32,000 nucleotides of DNA from Psychrobacter cryohalolentis K5 (GCF_000013905.1 NC_007969.1:1080001-1112000); one strand, 5' to 3'. Shown: positions 8,794 to 17,421, counted from the stretch's first letter. Made by a program: numbers and translations. Notes: a model not told the origin generated them from the letters alone.

Positions 8794-11700
8794 AAAATCA
8801 TATCCTTAGAAATATTTTGCCAGGCAGTGCTTAAATCATTATGAATACTACGTGTCATATTATCTGATAGTTGAGTTAAATGATTTTTCAGTAAGGTATC
8901 CGCTAATACGTTTAGCTCCACCTTACTTGACATACGAGTTAACTGAGAACTAATCGTTTCTCGTATACCTAATACAGAAAGTAATAAGTTTGTTGCATTA
9001 GTATGATCGGACCATATTGTTGTATGACCGGTTTTTTCAACTTGTTGTATCGAATTAAGCAACCCAATCTTATAATTAGTAGCTATGTTATATTTTTTAG
9101 CACCATCTTTGAGTATCTGTAAGTCAAACGGCTCTGTCTCATCCATTCGTTTATGAAGTAGCAACCTTGCTAAGTGAAGATTAAACTCTTTACGCTGAGT
9201 GCCCACAGTAACTTGTGTAGTAGTGGGGCACTCATATATTTTTTCTTCCCCACTAAAACGATTAATTTTACAAAGGACAGGCTCTAACCAGTTATTTTGA
9301 TAAATAACAGCAACGCCTCTAGGTAGCCTTGCAATCTCTTCAAGCTGGTCGTCGCTGACTGCTGCTGCTTTACCTATTAAGCGACGATCCTGTTCGTCAG
9401 GCAACCTCAAAATAATTTTAGTATTGGTATTACGTATAGCTGAACTGTCCACTGCACTTGGTGATTGGTCAGCAATAATAAAGCCTTCGCCGTAAGTACG
9501 CATCTCAGCGATAGAGTTTGAAAGCATCTCAACGGCTTTACCAGCCACATTTGACCCTTCAGAGCTTTGTTCAGTAGAGGTTCTCTTTAAAAGATGATGA
9601 GCTTCTTCAAGGATAGTGACGTGTTTAAGAGGTTGGTTCATGCCAGAGAATGCCATACGGCGCTCGTTAAGGCGCATGATCAATATACCCATAATGAGAG
9701 ATTTTGTCTCTTGTGAACCGACGCGACTTAAGTCAATGATAACGTTAGAGTCAAAAAGTATATCATTATCAATTTCATCAGAAGCAAAAATCTGACCATT
9801 TAAACCGTTGGTCAAACTTTTAACCCGTGTTGCAAGCGAACCAATATAATTACTTTTAACCTCGTCTGAGTATGCTGATGTATTTATAACGTTATTAATT
9901 GCTTCCAATAAATCATTAAAGTTTGGAAAGATATCTTCGGAATAATAGTTATATGAATTATCAATGTCCCAACCACTGTCTTTGTAGGCTTGAAGCATGG
10001 CATCTTTTAGAACTGCAGGCATCGCAGCATACATCGACCAACACACGTTAAAGATTTCAATGAGTCTATCGATATGTTCTAAAACGTGAATACTTTTGGG
10101 GAATTTAAAAGGGTTTATTTTTAGTAAAGGAGCTTGAGATGGATTGGTTGAAAAAACATGAACATTCTCTAGATGGCCAAAGACATGTTTATATTCACCC
10201 TTAGTAGGTTCAATGACCAAAAATGGAATATTCTTTTTCTGTAGTTGATACATTAACTCGTATACAGTATTACTTTTACCTGACCCTGTTGAACCTGAGA
10301 TAAACACATGACTGGTTAAATTATCGATATCTAAACTAACTTTTTGTGGTAAGTCATTCCATAAGTGTCGAATAACGCCTAGCTCGATGCTTTTATTAGT
10401 AGCAATGTTATGACCATCCAATGATTTGACTTGTCTACCAAATGCTTGAGTTTCTACCACAGCGGTGCTGGAAGTAGATCGACGTGGCATACTAAGCTGA
10501 ATTGCCATCTCTTTACCGGATACTAATGTTGCTGGAGTTAAATATTTAAGCGGTAGAGTGTTGAAAAAATTAGCGTTAAGCCTAGGGTGGTTGAGAACCT
10601 TCAACCATTCAAGCACACTTTGCATTTTACTATTGTTAGATTTATCCCACGTAGTTAAAGCAAAATCCTCAGTATCTGAATTGCCGCCACGCATCAAACC
10701 TAAAAATATGCTTGCTAGAGTCTCAGATGAAGCTGTGCTATTGCCAATAAAGTAGGCAGCGGTTTGCCAGCCACCATAGCGAGAGGCTTCGTCGACACGC
10801 TCTAATTGTTTATCAATCTTCTTAAGCATTTGCTCAATACTTTTATCCGTCATATCAAGCGTTAATTGACGGCTTGAGCCTGTAGTTTTAGTATCTGACT
10901 GAGAGTTGGTTTCACTATTGGTACTGGTTTCACCAGTAGTTCGCCCTGCTGCAGTACTAAAGCTAGTACCTTTATTAACTCCTTGCGACTCTGTATAGCT
11001 AGTACCAGTCGTTTGATTTTCAGCGAATGGATCACTTAGCATTCTACCTACATTACTACCTATCATTGAGCCAATACCAGCTCCTATACTAGCCCCTACT
11101 GGCCCACCTAATGGTGCACCCAATATGCCACCTGCTACAGTAGCGCCTAATGTGATAGCAGTTCCACCAAAAGACGCTACTTTAGATTTATTGGTTTGTT
11201 CAGAAAGTGATTCTGAAGTCCCATAAGCTTTAGAGGTGTTTGTTCCTTCTGTAATTCCAGACGTTTCGGTTTGGCTCAAGCTATCACTTAATGACTGGCT
11301 AAGGCCATGACTGATTGATAGGCTGATAGCCTCACTATCATTCTCGCCATAAGACATTTGTTGTTTTAACAATGGTGAGAGTTGAGTAGCGACACTTTCG
11401 TAACCAGAACGTATATGAGAAAGCTGGGTAGGGGTAACTGGTTCAGCTAAAATAACTGCAGAATAATTATGTCCTTCGGCAGCATCAATGAAGCGCTCGA
11501 GCCCTTGCATAAAGTGCTCTCTTTCTTCCACAGATAGAGAAGGTACACCGGTAACTGCAGTTACAGACTGGACTGTAGACGTACCATCATGGTTTTCGCA
11601 GTATAGACTATCCATTAGGGTTTGAGTTGCTGAACCATTTAATGGTGTAAGCTCACTACCAGAAAAGTGGCCCTTAAAGGTTTCCTGCAATAGCTGACCT

Positions 11701-12062
11701 GCGGTGCCACCTTGAGTGCCACCTGATTGACCACGAGTACCTAAGTATAAGTGAGTCTCAGAACCATCACAGTCTAAAAATATAAACACCGAAAACCCAG
11801 CAGCACCTAACGCATTATAAGCAGCTGTCATACTTTCTAAAACTGATTGCTTATTTTCAAGGACGATGCGCTCAACTTTAAATATTCTAACGTCAGAGCT
11901 TAAGTTAATCTTGTGATTAAATCGTGGTGCAATATCACAGTGACTCAGCTGTGACAGGTAGCTTTTGTTTATCAGATTGCTAGCATCTTGAAGGGCATTA
12001 AATGCCTGTTGTCGTATAAGTTCAGCTTCTGTTTTAGTGGCAAGTGCTATCTGGTTAGTCAT
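8790..12062 (-). CDS. HerA/FtsK-clade P-loop ATPase (1090 aa) with unknown N-terminal domain and Ser/Thr-rich plus glycine-zipper membrane insert
   Basis: Walker A is HVFISGSTGSGKSNTVYEL (DNA about 10270-10310) and Walker B is HVTILEEAHHLL. The HerA-like tail reads FIIADQSPSAVDSSAIRNTNTKIILRLPDEQDR. Residues about 245-400 are Ser/Thr/Gly low complexity flanking GGTAITLGATVAGGILGAPLGGPVGASIGAGIGSMIGSNVG (DNA about 11043-11171). Confidence 0.8.
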   Translation of the reverse strand: MTNQIALATKTEAELIRQQAFNALQDASNLINKSYLSQLSHCDIAPRFNHKINLSSDVRIFKVERIVLENKQSVLESMTAAYNALGAAGFSVFIFLDCDGSETHLYLGTRGQSGGTQGGTAGQLLQETFKGHFSGSELTPLNGSATQTLMDSLYCENHDGTSTVQSVTAVTGVPSLSVEEREHFMQGLERFIDAAEGHNYSAVILAEPVTPTQLSHIRSGYESVATQLSPLLKQQMSYGENDSEAISLSISHGLSQSLSDSLSQTETSGITEGTNTSKAYGTSESLSEQTNKSKVASFGGTAITLGATVAGGILGAPLGGPVGASIGAGIGSMIGSNVGRMLSDPFAENQTTGTSYTESQGVNKGTSFSTAAGRTTGETSTNSETNSQSDTKTTGSSRQLTLDMTDKSIEQMLKKIDKQLERVDEASRYGGWQTAAYFIGNSTASSETLASIFLGLMRGGNSDTEDFALTTWDKSNNSKMQSVLEWLKVLNHPRLNANFFNTLPLKYLTPATLVSGKEMAIQLSMPRRSTSSTAVVETQAFGRQVKSLDGHNIATNKSIELGVIRHLWNDLPQKVSLDIDNLTSHVFISGSTGSGKSNTVYELMYQLQKKNIPFLVIEPTKGEYKHVFGHLENVHVFSTNPSQAPLLKINPFKFPKSIHVLEHIDRLIEIFNVCWSMYAAMPAVLKDAMLQAYKDSGWDIDNSYNYYSEDIFPNFNDLLEAINNVINTSAYSDEVKSNYIGSLATRVKSLTNGLNGQIFASDEIDNDILFDSNVIIDLSRVGSQETKSLIMGILIMRLNERRMAFSGMNQPLKHVTILEEAHHLLKRTSTEQSSEGSNVAGKAVEMLSNSIAEMRTYGEGFIIADQSPSAVDSSAIRNTNTKIILRLPDEQDRRLIGKAAAVSDDQLEEIARLPRGVAVIYQNNWLEPVLCKINRFSGEEKIYECPTTTQVTVGTQRKEFNLHLARLLLHKRMDETEPFDLQILKDGAKKYNIATNYKIGLLNSIQQVEKTGHTTIWSDHTNATNLLLSVLGIRETISSQLTRMSSKVELNVLADTLLKNHLTQLSDNMTRSIHNDLSTAWQNISKDMIL

Positions 12063-12082
12063 GTTTTATCCTATATTTATAG

Positions 12083-13012
12083 TTATCTTAACTTCGCTAT
12101 CAAAGCCAGTATGCCTGCTAGAACAGCGCCACCAATTATAACGGCAGTCTTCATAAAGCTATTTTCTTGTTTAACATGGCTCGACTGCTTACTGCTTGAA
12201 CTGCTACTGGAGGTGTTGTTAAACTGAGGTTTCGGCTTAGGTTGAACTTTTATATGCTCGAAACCTTCTACACCTTTTTGAGCTAAGTAATCGCGAACAT
12301 TGATAAGATGCATTAATCTTTCCATAGCGAAGTTATGGTTAAGATAGCTTTGCTGTAAAAGGAAATAATCTTTATTCCAACTATTGTTGTTTTCAATTAT
12401 GGCAAGACAAAATTTATCTTCTTCATACTCAAGAAAGGCTTCTGGTATATTTTGACTTACAAACATAACCTCTTGAATAATATCTTTAACTAATAATCGA
12501 TTGTTTTTCAAATCAAACTTAATAATATTTTGTACAGCTCTTATGTCTTTTTTCGCGATTGATAGCTGTAGACTTTCTTTAGGTTCATATTCTTTGAGAA
12601 TATCCTTTAAAGCATCAGCATCAGGATTTTCAGATATTAGACTCACATCAATTTCTTGAGTTTCATTACTATTTTCTAGTGTTGACTTGGAGGTTTCGGT
12701 TATTGCAGGGGCATATTGCTCATTATTAATACCGAAGCCTTCTACTTTGTAATCTTGTAGGTAATGTTTTACAGCTATGATATGTTCACAACGCTTTTTG
12801 GAGAACTCCTTATGCTGTATTAGGCTAAGCTCTCCTCGGAAATAGTCTTCATTCCACATACTTTTATTTTTTTTAATTGGATATGTTTCATCATTGAATT
12901 CTACGAAATCAATAGATTGAATATTATCAAGTATGTTCTGAGATGTTTTAGCTGGTATTGAACCATTAGCAGATAGTTCAATAAATTCACTTTTACTATT
13001 TTTTGTGTTCAT
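12083..13012 (-). CDS. Tail-anchored membrane protein with an internally duplicated approx 60-aa domain
   Basis: 309-aa ORF with an AAGGA Shine-Dalgarno. Two related segments are present: ...SMWNEDYFRGELSLIQHKEFSKKRCEHIIAVKHYLQDYKVEGFG and ...NSWNKDYFLLQQSYLNHNFAMERLMHLINVRDYLAQKGVEGFE. These are followed by a poly-Ser linker and a single C-terminal TM helix, TAVIIGGAVLAGILALIAKLR. Confidence 0.6.
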   Translation of the reverse strand: MNTKNSKSEFIELSANGSIPAKTSQNILDNIQSIDFVEFNDETYPIKKNKSMWNEDYFRGELSLIQHKEFSKKRCEHIIAVKHYLQDYKVEGFGINNEQYAPAITETSKSTLENSNETQEIDVSLISENPDADALKDILKEYEPKESLQLSIAKKDIRAVQNIIKFDLKNNRLLVKDIIQEVMFVSQNIPEAFLEYEEDKFCLAIIENNNSWNKDYFLLQQSYLNHNFAMERLMHLINVRDYLAQKGVEGFEHIKVQPKPKPQFNNTSSSSSSSKQSSHVKQENSFMKTAVIIGGAVLAGILALIAKLR

Positions 13013-13119
13013 AACATTCCTTAGGATATATAGGTTTAGATAAGTAGAGTTTTACGGTATATCAGGATTAGCTGTAATATGGCATATAATTCTATTTAAA
13101 GATTATAAGATATAACAGC

Positions 13120-15432
13120 CTATAGAGCTAAAATATTGGTAATTTTAGTATTAAATGTATTAATGTGATTAAGTTCTGCTTTAGCCGTATTAATAGCTTT
13201 CTCACGTTCATCTTTATCATTAATCTTATTTTCTAAATCTGCCATTAGGTTATTAAAGCGTTCGCCAAACTCTTCGTTCATAAAATCAATATATATATCT
13301 ATAGTTTTATTGCTATTGTCCTTAACTTTCTTTACTGCTTCTGCAGAAAGATTTTCAAACACAGCGTCTATTTCTGGACCCCGTTTCGCCCACAAATCAT
13401 CAAGGCTAACAAACTCTTCTTCTTGATTTTCATAAATAGCTTCTTCTGTTGTGCTAAACCAACTAAAAGGGTTGTACCATGTTGAAGCACTAACAGTTCT
13501 TGTTCCTGTTTGAACTCTATGATGTTTAATCTGTACTTCATTCTGCCCTAAAGACATATTAAAAGATGCTATTTGGTTCTTTAAACCCTCTAGCATTGGT
13601 AGCTCTAACTCTGATACATCATTAAATAAGCTGGTTATATATTTATTATAATCTGCTGCTAATTCTGACTGTATCTCTAATTGGTCAGACTCAATGATCT
13701 TTTCTAAATTGATAATGCGTAAGTTAAACTCACTTTGTAAATCATGAGTTAATTTTTTGATTTTCTCTTGAGCCTGTCTTTTAGAGGCTTCTCCTTGAAA
13801 TTTGTTTCCAAAGTCATAAGTAGTCTCTCTCAGGATTTTTTCTTCCTGCATAAATGCTTGAGCTGTTTCTTTTCTTAGTCCTTTTTGCTGCTTTTTTAAT
13901 TTAGTGATATAACCATCTGTTTTGAACGCTTGTTTTTCTTTTTCCCGTAGTATGTTAATAGTCTCTTGCAGATTATTAAGTGCCTGCTGATCAGTTTCAA
14001 GTGATTTTTGTAGTTCAGCAGCATTAGTACATTGTTGTATGATTTGACTGAGTGCTTGATTGGCTCGTGTTACACGGTTAGGAAGACTGTATTTTTCGAT
14101 ATAGTCGTCTATCATCATCTCAACTGCGGGTAGACCACTACGATATAATGCTGTTGAGTAGTTTTTATTATTAATTTTTTCCTGAGTTTTTTTAGATAAG
14201 GGCATATACTGAACTAAATCCATACGTGGCTCTTCATTGAACAGCTCTTCCATTGCATTGATGACACCTCGTTCACTGCGTGTTAATAAGTCGATACTTA
14301 GCTCACGCTTGCGAAGCAAAGAGGTTAAGCTAGCAGATACTGGATATACCAAAGGATTGGCAATACCGTTGTTTTCTAGATATTGTTTGGCACGTGTAAC
14401 TACATCTTCGACATATTCGCCTTTTTCTGGGTCAAATACATCTGCTTTATTAATGACAAAGATAAAGCGATCTTTGCTTTGCTTACCTCCTTTACTCATA
14501 ACATCAGCAATTTGTTTTAGCAGACTTTGATCGTCGTTGATGCCTAGCTGTTGTCCATTTAGAATGTATAGAACTAACGGGTTACGATCAGAATCACTAA
14601 TATATCGCATAGTTGTTAGATTGTGTTCGCTATCTTGACTGTTATTAGGCCCTGGAGTGTCTGTTAAAACTAATCGAACACTCTCTCGTTCTTCTATTGC
14701 AGGTATTTTCCCCTCTATATTAATTCGGAATACATCAGGTGATTTATTCCACTCGCTCATTAGCTGAGATGCCGAGTCAGAGCCTGTTTTTGTCGTAAGA
14801 TTTAATTTTTGTTTCTCATTGACTATACAGTCTTTATTATCTGTACAGCTTACCGTAAAGTGACCTTGTGGCATATCGTCGTTATCAGTAATTTTAGCAA
14901 TTGTAGCTGTGGTTGCTTCGTTTAACGCTGGCAATAAGTCACAACCTAACATAGCATTGATCAGGGTAGACTTACCAGATGACATGGTTGCCACCACATA
15001 GACATCAAAGTTTTTATCAAACGCCGTATCAAACTTCTTGAGTATATCGGGAGTGTTAACATACTGTTTAAACAATGGATCTTGTTTTGCTTCTATTACA
15101 AGCTGTTGAATGTTTTCTAGACGCTCTTCTGAACCTGGTACTACGTCACACCACATCTTGACATTTATTCCGTCTTTGTTGGCTTGTTTAACGGCCTCTT
15201 CCATATCAGTACAGTCTGCTTCTACCCCTTTAAAGTGAACTCTGTATTCTTTTTCACCATTAAATATTTCATATAACTTCTGAAAGAATCCTTCAATCCA
15301 TAGCTGTAGACGTTGATTTTCATATTCAGCGAACTGAGAATTACTCTCAGGTTTTTGGTCATCGATGAGAAAGAAAGTCTCAACTGTAAAAGGATTGTGT
15401 GTGATAGCTACGTTAATCATAAAATACTCCAT
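13120..15432 (-). CDS. Dynamin-like (TRAFAC) GTPase, long form (about 766-770 aa) with N-terminal extension and long coiled-coil C-terminus
   Basis: G1 is VYVVATMSSGKSTLINAMLG (DNA about 14970-15005), G2 region is NEATTATI, G3 is LTDTPGPNN and G4 is VINKADV. The C-terminal approx 350 aa are heptad-like and rich in Glu, Lys and Gln. The start is more likely the ATG at 15420 (GGAG 6 nt upstream) than the one at 15432. Confidence 0.8.
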   Translation of the reverse strand: MEYFMINVAITHNPFTVETFFLIDDQKPESNSQFAEYENQRLQLWIEGFFQKLYEIFNGEKEYRVHFKGVEADCTDMEEAVKQANKDGINVKMWCDVVPGSEERLENIQQLVIEAKQDPLFKQYVNTPDILKKFDTAFDKNFDVYVVATMSSGKSTLINAMLGCDLLPALNEATTATIAKITDNDDMPQGHFTVSCTDNKDCIVNEKQKLNLTTKTGSDSASQLMSEWNKSPDVFRINIEGKIPAIEERESVRLVLTDTPGPNNSQDSEHNLTTMRYISDSDRNPLVLYILNGQQLGINDDQSLLKQIADVMSKGGKQSKDRFIFVINKADVFDPEKGEYVEDVVTRAKQYLENNGIANPLVYPVSASLTSLLRKRELSIDLLTRSERGVINAMEELFNEEPRMDLVQYMPLSKKTQEKINNKNYSTALYRSGLPAVEMMIDDYIEKYSLPNRVTRANQALSQIIQQCTNAAELQKSLETDQQALNNLQETINILREKEKQAFKTDGYITKLKKQQKGLRKETAQAFMQEEKILRETTYDFGNKFQGEASKRQAQEKIKKLTHDLQSEFNLRIINLEKIIESDQLEIQSELAADYNKYITSLFNDVSELELPMLEGLKNQIASFNMSLGQNEVQIKHHRVQTGTRTVSASTWYNPFSWFSTTEEAIYENQEEEFVSLDDLWAKRGPEIDAVFENLSAEAVKKVKDNSNKTIDIYIDFMNEEFGERFNNLMADLENKINDKDEREKAINTAKAELNHINTFNTKITNILAL

Positions 15433-15437
15433 TAGTT

Positions 15438-16430
15438 TTATAAAGTGGTTTTTTGAAATTTATAATTAATAATGTTTTCTAATAAAGGTATACCGCTAAA
15501 ATAAATTAGTTGATTGATTTTACTTTTTGATATTTCTAACCCATCTTTGATCGTAATAGACATATCTTTTTTTTCTGTATTCGGTAATGATATAGTTTTT
15601 ACTTCATCAGATATATTATAAGAGGCTCTTATAAGTCTATCATCATCAAGGTTATGTATGTTTTGTTGTAGCAAATTACGTTCAAATCGAGTAAGAGGTT
15701 CTTTATTTAATACTTTTCTAGCATTTAATGCAGAAAGTGCAGATACTGGTATAATACTAGGGTTTATGAAACCAATGTTTTTTAAATAAGAAGCTATGTT
15801 TCTTACAAAAATTTCAATATCCTCACCTTTTTCTTCATCTAAAACGTCTGCTTTATTAAGTATAAATATAATATTTTTATGCTTATCAGTTTTTAAAACC
15901 TGACTTATCTGTGATAAAAATAGCTTATCGTCATTAATGCCAATTTGAGTAGCGTTTAATACATAGATAATCATTCCATAACGACCATCGCTTACTAAGT
16001 TCAAGGTTAAGTCTTGATGTGTATTATCTTGGCTATTATTAGGACCTGGTGAGTCATACAATACAATGTGCTTACTAGAGTTTTTTATAGAAGGGATATT
16101 ACCGGTTAGACTAATATAGTTGATATTGTTATCCGCATTCCATTTTTTCAATGTTTCACTATCAATAACACTCTTATAGTCTAGAAACTTCAATCTTGCT
16201 TTTTCATTTGATTTAATAGGTTCAAAATTATATGCGGAACCATTAAAGTTATTCTGCTGGTCCTTATTGTGTATTCTCGTTATAGTCGCTGTTGTCGCTT
16301 CGTTAGCACAATGGAGCAGCTCTTTTCCTAACATTGAATTAATAAGTGTGGATTTTCCTGAACTCATCGTCGCTACAACAATAATTTCGAAAAAACTCAC
16401 TACTGACTTACTTCTCTTGTTTTTTGCCAC
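15438..16430 (-). CDS. Dynamin-like (TRAFAC) GTPase, short form (330 aa), paralogue of the downstream gene
   Basis: G1 is IVVATMSSGKSTLINSMLG (DNA about 16350-16385), followed by NEATTATI, G3 LYDSPGPNN and G4 ILNKADV. These motifs are near-identical to those of the 770-aa protein. The GTG start lies 3 nt after the WYL gene stop, and the stop lies 5 nt before the next gene. Confidence 0.8.
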   Translation of the reverse strand: MAKNKRSKSVVSFFEIIVVATMSSGKSTLINSMLGKELLHCANEATTATITRIHNKDQQNNFNGSAYNFEPIKSNEKARLKFLDYKSVIDSETLKKWNADNNINYISLTGNIPSIKNSSKHIVLYDSPGPNNSQDNTHQDLTLNLVSDGRYGMIIYVLNATQIGINDDKLFLSQISQVLKTDKHKNIIFILNKADVLDEEKGEDIEIFVRNIASYLKNIGFINPSIIPVSALSALNARKVLNKEPLTRFERNLLQQNIHNLDDDRLIRASYNISDEVKTISLPNTEKKDMSITIKDGLEISKSKINQLIYFSGIPLLENIINYKFQKTTL

Positions 16431-16433
16431 AAT

Positions 16434-17342
16434 CTAGTTTCCTATTAAATACTTACTTATAGTGATTTCTAAATCTTTCTGAATTTCGCTCGGACTAATG
16501 ATACGTATATAAGGTATCCAGTACTGAACAATAGGAACTACTTCTCTCGGATGTATGTTTTTACATGCTAGTAGCAAATCCCCACTGTCAAGTCTTTGTA
16601 CTAGATTTTGATTGGGCAATAAGTCACGCCGCTCAAAATATCCAGCGACCTTTGCATCGACCTGCAAGATAATCTCACTGATTTGATTGCCAAAGAATAA
16701 GCTATCCGTATCAAGAGTTTCTTTTTTGATATCCTCAGAGCATTGGAAGGTCTCAGTATTTATATGTAACTGGGTCATTTGCGTAAAGCAAAATGTTCTT
16801 GTTTGTCCATGAAGGCGACCTACTACATACCAAATACCATTTTTATTAAGCAGGTGATAAGGTTCTAATAAGTAATGTTTACTATTATTGGAAGCATAGT
16901 CACTGACCTTGCGATAATAAAACTCAATATATTGGTGATTAGTAATGGCTTGGTTAATAGTTCTAAAGTCGTCTGTACGTTCGCTTATATTTTCATAAGC
17001 GAAACCTTTAACGAAAATGCTTTGGTTAAGTTTTTCTTGGAAAAACTGACGGTCAATTTTCGGTAGTAAGTCTTGTACGCTAGCAAAACTAGCAAAACGC
17101 TGAATATCTGCTATATCTAGATATCCAATATTACTAGGGTGCAAGCGATAAAACTGTGGACCTTCTTCATAGAGCTCTAGTAAGGTCAAACGATCCTGAA
17201 AATCTCTCTTTAAGGTGCGGATAGAGACCTTATAGGTGTCTGCTAATTCAAAAATATTCAAACGCTCACCATCGTTAAGTCTAACGATAATGTCAGATAG
17301 TCGATACGCAAGCCTCTCATGTTTTCTCAATTTCATAATCAC
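16434..17342 (-). CDS. WYL-domain transcriptional regulator (HTH + WYL, CapW/BrxR/YafY-like)
   Basis: The N-terminal HTH reads RLSDIIVRLNDGERLNIFELADTYKVSIRTLKRDFQDRL. The WYL core reads HYLLEPYHLLNKNGIWYVVGRLHGQTRTFCFTQMTQL. It is the first gene of the operon. An alternative ATG start exists at 17336. Confidence 0.8.
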   Translation of the reverse strand: MIMKLRKHERLAYRLSDIIVRLNDGERLNIFELADTYKVSIRTLKRDFQDRLTLLELYEEGPQFYRLHPSNIGYLDIADIQRFASFASVQDLLPKIDRQFFQEKLNQSIFVKGFAYENISERTDDFRTINQAITNHQYIEFYYRKVSDYASNNSKHYLLEPYHLLNKNGIWYVVGRLHGQTRTFCFTQMTQLHINTETFQCSEDIKKETLDTDSLFFGNQISEIILQVDAKVAGYFERRDLLPNQNLVQRLDSGDLLLACKNIHPREVVPIVQYWIPYIRIISPSEIQKDLEITISKYLIGN

Positions 17343-17390
17343 TCAACTTGCAAGGTAACTCTGCTTTCAGTTGCATTAAGTTACTAAAAA

Positions 17391-17417
17391 ATAACAAAAA
17401 TAACAAAAATAACAAAA
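17391..17417. repeat. Exact 9-bp tandem repeat ATAACAAAA x3 in the operon leader
   Basis: Read directly as ataacaaaa ataacaaaa ataacaaaa, flanked by further A runs (17386-17419). It lies between the candidate promoter and the WYL gene start. Confidence 0.85.
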
Positions 17418-17421
17418 ATGC

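Noticed and set aside
10863-11330. Ser/Thr/Gly-rich segment considered as a DNA-level tandem repeat or contingency locus
   Set aside because: No exact nucleotide repeat unit is visible. The bias is at the amino-acid level only, within an intact ORF.
7782-12062. Interpreting the nuclease-immunity pair as part of a classical T6SS, CDI, Rhs or T7SS polymorphic toxin locus
   Set aside because: No PAAR, VgrG, Hcp, Rhs/YD, CdiA/B, WXG100 or LXG features appear in the nuclease or anywhere in the 32 kb. The gene is instead translationally coupled to the HerA-type ATPase.
13120-16430. Calling the locus simply a known Eleos (LeoA/LeoBC) dynamin defence system
   Set aside because: That may describe the GTPase pair, but it does not explain six further tightly linked genes (the WYL regulator, the tail-anchored protein, the HerA-type ATPase, the nuclease, the immunity-like protein and the HEPN protein). 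I cannot verify homology to LeoA/LeoBC without profile searches, so I keep it as a comparison rather than the call.
8215-17066. Plus-strand track ORFs within the operon (8215..8502, 8375..8602, 10558..10755, 11988..12227, 14237..14530, 16875..17066)
   Set aside because: All are antisense shadow ORFs nested in genes with strong motif support. None has a recognisable motif or ribosome-binding site.
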